Below, one piece after another: positions 1 to 13,136 of a stretch of DNA of 64,000 bases. Where the stretch lies: the NCBI GenBank assembly GCA_002633005.1, contig NMRA01000247.1, forward strand, positions 1-64,000, read 5' to 3'. The notes beneath the pieces were generated by a model, which saw only the letters and a list, made by a program, of their open reading frames with translations, was not told the origin of the DNA and ran no database searches. The number at the start of each line of letters is the position of its first letter. Position 1 is the first letter of the stretch. The position numbers and the translations under genes were made by a program. Origin of the DNA: Phoronis australis. Lineage: Eukaryota > Animalia > Phoronida.

Positions 1-3000
1 CAACCGCCCTCCACTGGCCTCCACCTGCCTCCCCTGGTCTCCAATTGCCTCCACTGGCCTCTGCTGGTCTCCACTGGCCTCAGCTGACCCCCAGTGGCCT
101 GCACTGGCCTCAACTGGCCTCCACTGTCTTCCATTTGCATCCACCTGCATCCACTGAACTCCAGTGCCCTCCACAATCCCCTAGTGGCCTCCACTGGCCT
201 CCAGTGTCCTCCACCTATCTCCACTGGCCTCCATTGGACCTACTGGCCTACAACGGCCTCAACCGCTCTCCACTGGCCTAGACCTGTCTCCACTTGTTTC
301 CATCCGCCTCCACTGGCCTCCATTGGCCTTCACTGGCCTCCACTGGACTCCATTGGCCTTCACTGGCCTACACTGGCCTCCATTGGTGTCCACTGGCCTC
401 CACTGCCCTCCACAAGCCCCTAATGGCCTCCAATGAGCTCCACTGTCTTCAACCTACCTCCACTGGCCTCCATTGGACCTACTGGCATGCAACAGCCTCA
501 ACCGCCCTTCACTGGCCTCCACCTTCCTCCACCTGCCTCCCTTCGCCTTCACTGGCATTCCACTGGCCTCCAATGGCCTCCACCGGCGTTCACTGACCTG
601 CAATGGTCTCCATTGGCGTTCACTGGCCTCTACTGGCCTTCCGCGGCCTCTACTGGGTTTGACTGGCCTCCCCTGACAACTACTGGCCTCCACTGGCCTC
701 TAATGGGTTCGACTGGCCTCCACAGGCCTCTGCTGCCCGGCACTGGTCTCCACAGGCCTCCACTTGCTTCCACCGGCCTCCACTGGCCTTCACTGGCGTC
801 CACTGGCCTCCACTGGTCTCTGGGTGCATCCATTGGCCTTCACTGACCTCAGCTGTCCTCAACTGGCATCCGCTGGCCTCCACTGGCCTCAGCTGGAATC
901 CACTGGCCTCAGCTGGCCTCCACTGTCTTCCACCGGCCTCCACAGGCCTCCAAGGCCTCCAAAGGCCTCCACTGTCTCTCACTGGCCAATCCACTACCCT
1001 CCATGGCCTTCCAATGGCCTCCAGTGGGGCACCACTAGTTTCCAGTGGCCTCCAATGGCCTCCACTGGCATCAATTTGCCTCCAGTAGCTTCCAGTGAGC
1101 TGCAAAGTCTTTGATTGGCCTCACGTGGCCCCAAGTGGTGCCCAGTGGACTCTAGTGGCTTCCAGTGGCCAACTGTGGCCTACAGTGACCTCAATTGGTT
1201 ACCAGGGGCCTCCAGTGGCCTCAAGTGGTCCCCAGGGGCCTGCAGTTACCTAAACTAAACTCTAATGGGTTTCCAAACTATCCTGTGGCCTCCAGCGGCA
1301 TCGAGTGGACTCCAGTGGCCTCCAGTGGCCCCCGGAGGTCTCCAGTGGCCTCCAGAGACCTCCAGTGTCCTCGAATGGCCTCAAGTGGACTCCAGAGTGC
1401 TCCATTGGACTGCAGTAGCCACCGGAGGGATCCAATGGTCGCCAGTAGCCTGCAGTGAACTCCACTGGCCTTCAGTGGCCTTCAGTGGCCTCCAGTGGCC
1501 TCCAGTATCCTCCATTGGCCTCCAGTGGTCTCCAGTAGGCTCCGGTTGCCTCCAGTGGCCTCCAGCTGCCTCGAGTGGCTTCCAGTGTTTTCCAGAGGCG
1601 TCCATTGGCCTCCACATGCCTCCAGTGGCCACGAATAGCCTCAAGTGGTCTCCGGTGGTTTTCAGTGGCCTACTGTTGCCTACAGTGGCCTATAGTGGCT
1701 TCCAGTGACCTCCAGAAGCCTCCAGTGGACTATAGTGGGCCATAGAAGAATCCAGTGGCCTCCACTTGCCTCCAGGTTTTTTCAGTGGCCTCCAGTGTCC
1801 TCCAGTGGTAGCCAGTGGCCTGTAGTGGCTTTCCGTGTCCTCCAGTGGCCTTTAGAGGACTCCAATGGTCTTCAGTAGACTGTAGAGGCCTCTAAAGGCC
1901 TCCAAGGGCCATCAGTTGCCTCCAGTGAACTCCAGTGGGCTCCAGAAGCCTCCAGTGTCATCCAGTGGCCTCCAGTGGGTTTCAGTGTCCTCCAGAAGCC
2001 TCCAGTTATCTCCAATGTACTCCGGAGGCATCCAGTGGTCTCCGTTGGCGTCGAGTTGCCTCTGGCGGCCTCCAGTGGTGCACCCAATATCCTCTAGCGG
2101 CTCCAGTACCCTCCAGTGGGCTCCAGCGGCCACCAGTAGCCTTCAGTGGCCTCCAATGGGCTCCAGTGGCCACCAGGAGGCTCCAGTGGCTTTTCCAGTG
2201 GCATGCAGTGGGCTCCCATGGCAACCAGTGGCATTAACTGGCCTCCTGTTTCCTCCAGTGGGCTTCAGTGGCCGCCAGTAGCCTCCAGATGACTCCAGTT
2301 GGTTGCAGGGGCGTCCAGAGGGCTCACGTGGCCTCTAGTAACCTTCAGTGGCCTCCAGTGTCCTCCAGTGTCCTGCATTGTCCTCCACTGGCCTCCAGTG
2401 GCCTCCAGTATTCTTCAATGGCCTCCAGAGGGCTTCAATGGCCTCCATTAACCTCCAGTGTCCTCTAGTGGACTCCAGTGGCCTCCAGTGTCCTCCAGTG
2501 GCCTCCGATGGCATCTAGTTGCCTCCATTGGTAAACACAGTTGCCTCTAGGGGCTCCAGTAGCCTCCTTTGGGCTCCAGTGGCTTCCAGTGGCCTTCACT
2601 GGCCTCCAATGGGCTCCACTGGCCTTCACTGGACTCTACTGGACTCCACTGGTCTTCAGTGGCATCCAGTGGCCTCAGGTGGCGTCCAGAGTGCTCCATT
2701 GGACTTCTGTATCCACCGGAGGGATCCAATGGTCGCCAGTGGCCTGCAGAGAACTCCACTGGCCTTCAGTGGCCTCCAGAGGCCTCCTGTGGCCTCCAGT
2801 GTCCTGTCAGTGGCCGCAAGTGGCTTGCAGTGGCCCACACTAGCCTTCAGTGGCCTCCAGTGGCCTCCAGTAGGCTCCGGTTGCCTCCAGTGGCCTCCAG
2901 CTGCCTCCAGTGGCTTACGGTGGTTTCCAGAGGCTCTAGTGGCGTCCATTGGCCTCCACATGCCACGAATAGCCTCAAGTGGTCTCCAGTGGTTTTCAGT

Positions 3001-6000
3001 GGCCTACTGTTGCCTACAGTGGCCTATAGTGGCTTCCAGTGGCCTCAAGCGGCCTCCAAGGGCCTGATGTTGCCCCCAGTGAACTCAAATGGCCTCCAGA
3101 AGCCTCCAGTGGACTATAGTGGGCTCTAGAGGCCTCTAGTGGCCTCCACTTGCCTCCAGGTTTTTTCAGTGGCCTCCAGTGGATTGCAGTGGTCTCCGTT
3201 CGCCTTCAGTGGCATCCAGATTCCTCCAGTGGCCTTCAGTAACCTCCAGTGGAATCAAGCGGACTCCAGTGGCTTCCAGTGGCCTCCAGTGGCCGCCAGC
3301 CGCCTTCAGTAGGCTCCTGTTGCCTCCAGTGGTCTCCAGCTGCGTTCCAGTGGACTCCAAAGGCCTCCAGTGGCCCCCACTGGCCTTCAGTGGCCTCTAG
3401 TGGCCTCCAGTGGCCTCCAGTGGTCTCCAGTAGGCTCCATTGGACTCCAGTAGCCTCTGGAGGGATCCAATAGTCCCCAGTGGCCTCCAGTGGTCTCCAG
3501 TGTCCTCCACTAGTAGCCAGTGGCCTGCAGTGGCTTTCCGTGTCCTCCAGTGGCCTTTAGAGGACTCCAGAGCCCTCCAATGGCCTCCAAGAGCCTGTAG
3601 TTGCCTCCAGTGAACTCCAATGTGCTCCAGAAGCGTCCCGTGGCCCACAGTTGCCTCCAATGAGTTTCAGTGTCCTCCAGTGTCCTCCACAAGCCTCCAG
3701 TTATCTCCAGTATACACCGGAGGCATCCAGTGGTCTCCAGTGGTGTCGTCCAGTTGCCTCTAGAGGCCTCCAATGGTGCACCCAATTTCCTCTAGGGGCT
3801 CCAGTGGCCACCAGGAGCCTCCAGTGGCTTTTCCGGTGGCATGCAGTGGGCTCCCGTGGCATCCAGTGGCATTAAGTGACCTCCCGTTGCCTCCAGTAGG
3901 CTTCAGTGGCCGCCAGTAGCCTCCAGATTACTCCAGTTGGTTGCAGTGGCGTCCAGAGGGCTCACGTGGCCTCCAGTAACCTTCAATGGCCTCCACTGGC
4001 CTCCAGTATTCTTCAATGACCTCCAGTGCCCTCCACAATTTTTCAATGGCCCCCAGAGGGCTTCAATGGCCTCCATTAATCTCCAGTGTCCTCAAGTGGA
4101 CTCCAGTGGCCTCCATTAGCCTTCAGTTGCCTCCAGTAGCCTTCGGAGGGCTCCAGTGCCCCCACTATCCTCCAGAGGCCTCCAGTGGATTCAAGTGGCC
4201 ACAAATGGCGTCCAGGGTTCTCCAGTGGCCTCCAGTGGCCGCCAGTGGCGGCAAATGGAGCCCACTGGCCTCCAGTGTGATCCAGTGGGCTTCAATTGGC
4301 TCCAGTGGCGTCCAATGGCTTCCAGTGGCCTCCAGTATTCTTCAATGACCTCCAGTGCCCTCCAGAATTTTTCAATGGCCTCCAGAGAGCTTCAATGGCC
4401 TCCAGTAACCTCCAGTGTCCTCAAGTGGACTCCAGTGGCCTCCAGTGCCTCCGGTGGCCTCCGGGGCCTCTATTGGCCTCCATTGGTAAACACAATTGCC
4501 TCCAGGGTCTCTAGTAGCCTCCTTTGGGCTCCAGTGGGCTTCAGTGGCCGATAGTAGCCTCCAGATGACTCCAGTTCGTGGCAGTGGCGTCCAGTGGCCT
4601 CCTTTGGCCTCCAATAGCCTCTAGATGCATCCAGTGGGTTGCAGTGGACTCTAGACTCCTCCAATGGCCTCCAGTTGCATCCAGTGGCATCCAGTGGCCT
4701 CCAGAGGCCTGCAGTGGTCTCCACTAGTCTTTAGAGGCCTCCAGTGGGTACCAGTGGGCTCCAGTGTCTGCAAGTATCCTCCAGTGGCTTCCAGTATACT
4801 AAAGTGGCCTTCATTGGCCTTTAGCTGCTTCCAGTTTGTTGCAGTGGACTCCAGAGGCCTCCAGTGATCTCCAGTTGCCTCCATTAGCCTTCAGTGGCCG
4901 CCAGTGGCGGCAAATGGAGCCCACTGGCCTCCAGTGTGATCCAGTGGACTTCAATTGGCTCCAGTGGCGTCCAATGGCTTATAGTGGCCTCCAGTGGTCT
5001 CCATTGGTCTCCAGTGGCCTCCAGCTACATACAGTGGCCAACAGTGGCCTACAGTGGCCTCTAGTGGTCTCAAGTGGCCTCCAGGCGCATGCAGTTGCCT
5101 CCAGTGGCCTCCAAAGGGCTCCAGGGGCCTGCAGTAGCCGCCAGTGGCGTCTAATGGCCTAAAGTGGGCTCCAGTGGCTTCCAGTGGCATCCAGTGTCCT
5201 TTAGTTTCCTCCAGTGGGCTCCAGTGGGCTCCAGTGGCCGCCAGTAGCCTCCAGTGGTTTCCAGTGGACTTCAAAGGCCTTCAGTGGCGTACAGTGTCTT
5301 CCAGTGGCCTTCGGCGGCTTAAGGTGACCTTCAGTATCCTCCAGTTGCCTGCAAAGGACACCAGTGACCTTCAGTAGCCTCCTGAGGCCTCCCAAGACCA
5401 CTGGTAGCCTCCAGTGGGATCCAGTGGGCTCCATTGGCCGCCAGTACCTCCAGTGGCCTTCAGTGGGCTCCAAATTCTTCTAGTGGACTCCAACTGTTTA
5501 AGTGGTTTCCATTGGACTTCAATTGCCTCCAAAGAGGTCCAGTGGCCTCCAGCGGCCTTCGGTGGTTTCCAGTGAACTTCAGTGGCCTCCGGAGTGTTCC
5601 AATGGCCTCCAGTGGTGCCTCCAGTGGACTCCAAGGGCCTCCGGTGGTATTGAGTGGGCTCCAGTGGGTTCCAGCGGCCGCTAGAAGCCTCCAGTGGCCT
5701 CCAGGGGGCTCCAGTTGCCTCCAATGGCCTCCAGTGACGTCCAGTGGACTCCAGTGGACTCGAGTGCAGTCCAGTGGTTTCAGTGGCTTCCAGTGACCTT
5801 CAGGGCTCTTCAGTATCCTCCAGTGGCCTGTAGAGATCTCCAGTGACCTTCAGTAATCTCCAGAGGCCTCCAATGTCCTCGAGTGGACTCAAGTTGCTTC
5901 CAGTGGCCATCCAAGGCCTCAATTGGCCTCCAGTAACCTCCGGAAAGATCCAGTAATCTCTAGTGGCCTCCAGTGCCTTCCAGCGGCCTCCAGTGGGCTC

Positions 6001-7350
6001 CAGTTGCCTCCAGTGACCTGCAACAGCCTCCAGTGGGTTTCAGTGGACTTCAGCGGCCTCCAGTGGGGTCTGGTGGCCTCCACAGGCCTCCAGTGGCCTC
6101 GAAGGCCTCAAGTGGCTTCCAGTGGTCTCTAGTGGCTTCCAGTGGCCTACTGTTGCCTACAGTGGCCTAGAGTGGCCTCCAGTGGGCTCCAGTTGCCTCC
6201 AGTGTCCTGCAACAGCCTCCAGTGGGTTTCAGTGGACTTCAGAGGCCTCCAGTGGGGTCTAGTGGCCTCCACAGGCCTCCAGTGGCCTCGAAAGCCTCAA
6301 GTGGCTTCCAGTGGTCTCTAGTGGCTTCCAGTGGCCTACTCTTGCCTACAGTGGCCTAGAGTGGCCTCCAGTGGACTCAATGGCCTTCAGGGGACCGCAG
6401 TTGCCGTCAGTTAAATCCAATGGGCTCCAGAAGGTTCCCGTGGCCTCTATGGGCATCCAGTAGCCTTCAGTGGCCTCCAGACGGCTCCAGTGGCCTCCAG
6501 TAAGCTTCAGTGGCGTCTAGTGGCCAGCAGTAGCCTCCAGTGGTCTCCAGTGGCGTCCAGTGTCCTCCAGTGGCCGTTATTGGTCTCCAGTAGCTTCCGA
6601 AGGGATCCAATGGTCTCTATTGGCCTCCAGTGGCCTCAAGTGGCCTCCAGTGGTCTCCAGTGGTCACCAGTGCCTTCCAATAGCCTACTGTTGCCTAGAG
6701 TGGCCCATAGAGGCCTACAGTTGCCTCAAGTGTTTTCCAGAGGCCTGCAGTTGCCCCAGTGAACTCCAATGGGCTCCAGAAGCCTCCAGTGGCCTCCACC
6801 GGAGGGATCCAGTGGCCTCCAGTGGCCGCCAGTGCGCTCCAGTTGCCTCCCGAGGCCTCCAGCTTCCTCCAGTGGGTTCCAGTGGACTCCAAAGGCCTCC
6901 ATCGGCGTCCAGTGACTTCCAGTGTCCTCCAGTCGCATCCGGTGGCCTTCATTGGCTTTCAGTGACCTTCAGTGGCATTCAGTGTCCTCCAGTGTCCTGC
7001 AGAGGGCTCCCGTGACCTCCAGCGGCCTCCAGTGGCCTCCAGTGGTGCCCCCAATGGCCCCCAGGGGCCTCCTGTTGCCTCCAGTGGCCTTCATCTGCCT
7101 CTAGTGGGTTCCCGTGGACTACAGAGGCCTCCAGTGGCGTTCAGTGGCCTCCACAGGCCTCCAGAGGCCACGAATGGCCTCCAGTGGCTTCCAGTGTACT
7201 ACTGTTGCCTACAGTGGCGTAGAGTGGCCTCCAGTGATTTCAAGTGGCCTCCAGGGGCCTGACGTTGCCTCCAGTGATTTCCAATGGGCTCCAGTGGCCT
7301 CCAGTGGGATCCAGTGGGCTTCAATTGCCTCCGGTGGCCTCCAGTGGCTC
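1..7350. repeat. 10-bp GC-rich satellite, CCACTGGCCT (1-~1020) then CCAGTGGCCT (~1020-7350), diverged, with higher-order blocks
   Basis: The 10-mer periodicity is directly visible. The many ORFs here (WPPVASSGLQ-type peptides in all frames) are repeat artefacts. The array runs off the window start. Confidence 0.97.
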
Positions 7351-7899
7351 CCGATGGAGTCATATCATTAGATCCAAATGAACGTACTGAAGACCTATTC
7401 CAGCGCCTCACCGTTGAATGTGGCATACCGCATTATGGCGAGGCTGTCGATATCGACGAAGACATGAGTTCCTCCCTCGAAAATACTATTGTGTTCTTAT
7501 GGTTACAGATGGTCAACCCAGGTTTACCCCCAGCTTATTTACGGCGCGGAGTTGCGCAACAAGTCCCTTGCCTCCATCAAGAATTAATTTTTTCAAGCTA
7601 TGAACTCACAACTTGATGAGCTTAGGTGCATCGAGGACACTCGCTCCATGCGCATAACCAGCTCGAAGACAAACCCCCCTCGCCGTCGTAGAACCCCGTC
7701 GTGCGTCTTATGCACCACCGCCCGCCGCACTCCCTCAGACCACTTTTTGTCTCGCTGCCCGTTCCTCCCGCCTGACGACAAGCGCGCCTTTCTCAAGGCC
7801 CGGTCCACCGACGTTGACGATGCCACCGAGAAGGACTTCGCTCAATACACAATTATCTTGCGAGCAGTTCTGTCCTGACTCCGCTGTCGCGCTTTACGT

Positions 7900-10477
7900 C
7901 CACATAGTCCAGTCTCCTTATCTCCACACATTTGTTGGTGAAACCCCCGGTGCAACAGGAAACATGATTAGCGCATCGTGTGCACGTTCGTTGGGCGCGA
8001 AAGTTCGTAAAAATTCCCAAACCGCCTTACAGGCCAATGGTACATCTACTCTACAGGTTGTGGGGGAAAATCGAATTGTCTTCACACGTGACAAGCATTC
8101 CTTCGTTTTTCACGGTCTTGTCATTGAGTCTCTTGACGTTGACGTCTTGACAGCAACCCCATTTATGACTTGCAACGACATTTCAGTACGACCTGCTCGT
8201 AAGGTTATCACGTTGGCCGACGAATCCACATACACTTATGGCCAACCCGTTAACCAATACCCACGACCCACAGCACAACTGTCCCACGTATTACGTGCTC
8301 CACCTCACGCGACAGCCATCTGGCCTGGTGATTGTCTTGAGTTGGAGGCCCCGTCCGATTTCACCGATCCTGCAGAATATTTTGCAATCGAACCTCGCTG
8401 CGACAGCATTAGCCTCCGCTCCAGGTGTGTTTCCCAGCTATGGCCACAACCCGCCATTCTTGCTCCGACTAATGGCAAGATTCGCCTGTTCAACAACACC
8501 CATGAACCCCGATTTTTGCGACGAGATGAGCAGTTTTACCAGGTACATGCCGTGATCACTTCTTCGGAGGTTCCATCTGGATCCCCGACAGCCAACCAAT
8601 GTACATCATCCCCCAAAACTACGTTGGATCATCATCGCTTTGTTGCCGTTGATCCAAACAATATTCTGCATGCTGCACATCAGGACAGGTTCCACGCCCT
8701 GCATCGCAAATTTGCTCGTGTATTTGACCCGCAATACCCGGGTACAACGGCGCCGCAGACCCGTTTGAGGCCGTTGTCAACATAGGTCCTACGCAACCTC
8801 CACAGGGGAAAGGTCGCCTCCCCCAATACTCCAAGGACAAGCTCCTGGAATTGCAACAACAATTCAACGAGTCGGAGCTCCTCGGAGTATTCGCCCGCCC
8901 AGAGGATGTTGGTATTACAGTAGAATGTCTTAATCCCTCGTTTCTAGTCAAGAAGCCCCACGGAGGTTTTCGTTTAGTTACAGCATTTTCGGACGTCGGC
9001 CGGTATGCCAAGCCCCAACCATCTCTCATGCCTGACGTAGATTCCGTGGTTCGGAAGATTGCTCAATGGAAGTTCATCATCAAGACTGACCTTACGAGTG
9101 CCTTCTATCATATTCCTTTGTCACTAGAGTCCATGAAATATTGTGGCATATCCACACCTTCCGAGGTATCCGTGTCTACGCACGTTGCGCCATGGGTATG
9201 CCCGGTTCGGAAACCGCTTTGGAAGAGTTAACGTGGGAGAGCTTTTGGAAGAAGGAGTCGTCACCAAGCTTGCTTACGACCTATACTGTGGTGGTCAGAC
9301 TATCACAGACTTAATTACCAACTGGAAAAAGGTGTTATATGCATTGTCCACGGCGGATCTCCATCTTCTACAAAGACAGTCACAGCCCTATGACGCACAA
9401 AAGTCCTCGGCTGGATTTGGGAAATGGGTACTTTACAAGCTAGCTCACATCGGGTAGCTGCTCTCTCGTCTTGTCCCAAACCCGGTACTGTTCGGCAAAT
9501 CAGATCCTTCATTGAAGCCGTGAAAGCTATGTCGAGAGTCCTGCCTTACTGTGCTTCTTTCATCGCCCCACTGGACTCCGCTATATCGAGATGCGATTCC
9601 AAAGACCGCATTACCCGGACCTATGAGTTACATGTTGCCTTCACCTCAGCCCAAAAGGCATTGTCCACGCATAAAACTTTCACTTTACCCAGACCGGACG
9701 ATCAGCTGTGGATAGTCACGGATGCCTCCGCCAAACACCCGGGCATCGCTGGTACACTATATCTCTCTCGTGAGGACACGCCACGTGTCTGCGGCTTCTT
9801 CAGTGCGAAACTGAAATCACGTCAGGTCACTTCAATCCCATTCGAAATTGAAGCTCTCGCCATTGCTGCTTCCGTGAAACAATTAGCCCTTATCTGATTC
9901 AGTCAGCGCATCCTGCTATCATACTTACGGACAGCAAGCCTTGTGTACAAGCTTTTGAGAAACTCTGCAGGGGCGAATTCTAAGTCAGTCCTCGCGTGTC
10001 GACGTTTCTCTCCACCGTTTCTCGCTATCAGGCTATCGTTCGTCACGTATTTGGTGCCACTAACATCGTCTCCGACTTTGCGAGTTGCCACAGCCCAGAG
10101 TGCACCGACGTATACCTTTTCGTGAACACTCTGGAAGATTGTGTGGTGCTCCGTGCGACTGCTGCCGAGTTCCTTCAGGGAGAACACAAACTTCCGTTCA
10201 CCACTAGGTCATCTTGGTTATCCATTCAGTCCCCGTCTCCCGAGTTATGGCGAGTACACTCTCATCTCAACCAAGGGACGCGGCCCTCCAAGAGAGACAC
10301 CAACGCTCGATATCTCAAACGCTATCTCAACGTCGCCACTGTCGCATTAGATGGTTTACTTGTGGCTCGGTGAGACAAGCCTCCCGTAGCGCGTGACGAA
10401 CGAGATCGGACGCATCAAGAATCCCAACCATAACCCTATTGCAGAGAAGGCCATACAGGAGTTGTCACAGGAGTTAC
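7900..10477 (+). pseudogene. Gypsy pol remnant (protease, RT, RNase H, start of integrase), frameshifted, integrase core deleted near 10400
   Basis: ORFs 7814-8785, 8851-9231, 9143-9457, 9424-9897 and 9996-10373 are consecutive pol pieces in different frames. Confidence 0.88.
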
Positions 10478-13130
10478 CAGTGGCGGATCTACGAGGGGTT
10501 CAGGGGGTTTAAACCCCCCTCGGGCCAGGACCCAACAATTAGAAAAAAAAAGACAAAAACGAATCCAGCAAAGCAAAAACGGCACCGCCAGCGTGTGTAG
10601 ACCCCAAGTAAACCAACTTGGAAAAAAAGAGGGGGTTCACTCTAAAAATAAGTTTTTTTGCATTGTGAATTGCTGTTATGAAAATCAACGCGTTTCGAGT
10701 CTTCGTGGCTCGTCGGCAAAACCCCGGAGATCAATTGTGCGCGCGCTTCCGACGACACTTCTGAAGTAGCCAAGCATTTTAGATGGTCCACCTCTGAAAG
10801 AGCAGCTCTATAGCTGATTTCTTTAGGTAACTAGTTTCTTTGCTCTAAGATATGTTTTGATTTGAGTAGGGGAAATACTGTGGTGCCGCAATCCTGATAT
10901 TCAACTTTTTTTACTTCATCTGTCATGCTATGTCATCCTATTACATCCCACACGTTAGTAACTTGAATTTGAATGATGTATAGTAAAGTTGTCTTGCGCG
11001 ATATCATACAGTGCACATGTACATGTAATACTTGAAAAATCTCGTTTTCCAAAGGATTGCTATTGTGGCCTGCGCCGTGGTCTGGTCGCGAGTCTGTTTG
11101 AAGATGCACTCTAACAAGTTATGTCTATACAAGGAATGACCAAGGGGGCACTCACATTGACAAAGTGACCGCATTCGCGAACAGAGTACAGTACCAGAAC
11201 TTGCGGGGAGGCTGTATTTTCACAACAAAGTCTTGCGGGAGTCGTGCGATGTTCAACGGGCCTCCTAAGGAGCCCTAGTGCCGACCTCAACACCTATCGT
11301 CTTTCTACCTGCAATAAGCACCACTGCCGTTTTCTATGCTGGGAATTTCCGCAGAAAGGCCCACCCGAAGAAACGCCCATGCCCATGGGCATTTATTTGA
11401 TGTTAGTACTTCGGGTTTCAAGCGTTCAGACATTTGGACGGTTATTTCAAAAATTGCAAGAAATGCAAATGGGTCCTGGGATACATCGCCAAGGTTTGAA
11501 GTAGTCCGTGATGAACGGATCGAATTTAGTTGCGCATGCTGTAAGTCTTTTGAATGGACTTGGTTATCTCAGGGGGCTTAGTGCCAACTGAGCTGCAAAA
11601 CGAGATGCTGACAATGTAGAGGCGTACAAGCTCCTTGACACAGCAGTTAACGAATTGCAAGCGTTGGGAACAAACGTCGAAGATGTCTGAGTAGCATGGT
11701 TCCAAGAGCAGAAAGCCATTGAATCCGTTGTACAGATTCCTCGGCAGTCTAGACAACAGAAAGATAGGACCAACGTTCCCGGAGAAACACCCAGGTAATA
11801 AGTTATAATTATACACAATTTGTAATATTGTCGGTTGTTTATGTTTGTGTACAATGAAAACGAAATAGAAATTATTTTTGGACATGCCAAATTTACCCAG
11901 TACAGCAGAGGGTCTACAAGAGCACAGAAACTGATTCTGGCTTGTATTTCCACTTGAGTCTATCTTCTTTATATCCAAAATCTTATTTCACGTAGTGCGT
12001 ATTTAAATCTGTATTCAATACTTGTGTCTTCCAGTGAGTACTACAGAACGGTGCGAAAACCCTTCCTGGACCACCTCTCGCAGCAGTTGACCATCAGATG
12101 TATGAACTACACATATGAGCATCCACTGGGGATTAAAAAGTGTCTAAAGAGAGGTTTTCAATTCAAATTTTTTGCAAAGTACGCTGTAGGTCTCGCGACG
12201 GACCAGGCCAGCTTGATTTGTGTAGATATCGAGTTTCAGTGTACTTCTGATCCCTCGGCGAACCAGACTTGTGATGTTTTTTTGCAAAAGTGTGCTTTGT
12301 TAAACTATTTATCTCAGCCAGTACTGTTTGGTCCCGCGACAGATCGACTATTTTTATAGGGATAACAACCACAGGTGTACTTTTGGACTCGTGACGGACC
12401 AGGCAAGAGTTTTTGTGTACTCTCAGTGTACATCTGGTCCTTCTGCGAACTGCTCTTGTATATATTTTCACCACGGTGTAGGCCTACAGAGTGTTTTGGT
12501 TTCGTAAAACTGTTTTCAGATGATTTGTTTTCTGATACATTTGACGTTTTTCAATTGTTGTCAACGTGATTAATAAAGTGATACTTAATTGCTTTTGTCG
12601 CTTTTAATAATAGACTATGAACTGAGAGCACCATCGTAAGCCAGTTTTTCTCGTAACGAGACAGAACACGTGTTTATTTCCGGACTAACAGTACAGGTTT
12701 TCGTTCTTAAACAGCTTGAGGCTGTTGCGATTATCTGATATATATGTTTTTACGCCCTGTCGGTACTCCTTATGCTCTTGAATATTTTGTAGTTGTCTAA
12801 ACCTCTGTATACAAACCACACTTTTTCGTATGCTAAAAAGTTGCGTGTAAGCAGATGTTCCAACAAAAGATTTTGCTAGTGGTGTGACTCATACCCATAT
12901 GTGCATAAATATGGTTTCACGAAACTTATGAGCCAAGTTCATGTGACGAAATCGAGAAGGGCTTTTAATTATCTTAAGAAAAACTCCAGGGACATGTTAA
13001 GTGCCAGAAACATACCAGGATGCATGGAAATTTCACTGTTTGTCTACAAAAATAAAACGTTATCTTACACGGGAGGGGGGCTTACCCCCTCCNCCCCCCC
13101 CCCCTTACTGAAAACGTAGATCCGCCACTG
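10478..13130 (+). mobile_element. Non-autonomous hAT-superfamily DNA transposon with perfect 16-bp TIRs and 6-bp TSD
   Basis: CAGTGGCGGATCTACG at 10478-10493 and its exact reverse complement CGTAGATCCGCCACTG at 13115-13130; AGTTAC flanks both sides (10472-10477, 13131-13136); internal hAT transposase remnant. Confidence 0.93.
11540..12100 (+). pseudogene. hAT transposase C-terminal remnant (PRKRIR/THAP12- or ZMYM1-like family) with a GT-AG intron at ~11795-12034
   Basis: KRDADNVEAYKLLDTAVNELQAL...IPRQSRQQKDRTNVPGETP, donor CCAG|GTAATA, acceptor TTCCAG|TGAG, then SEYYRTVRKPFLDHLSQQLTIR, matching the typical 'NVPAETPEEYYRR..PFLDHL..QL..RF' hAT motif. Confidence 0.75.
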
Positions 13131-13136
13131 AGTTAC

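Noticed and set aside
45-7426. Dozens of overlapping ORFs with WPPVASSGLQ/TGGHWRPLEA peptides
   Set aside because: They are translations of the 10-bp satellite in all six frames, with frequent stops and no gene structure.
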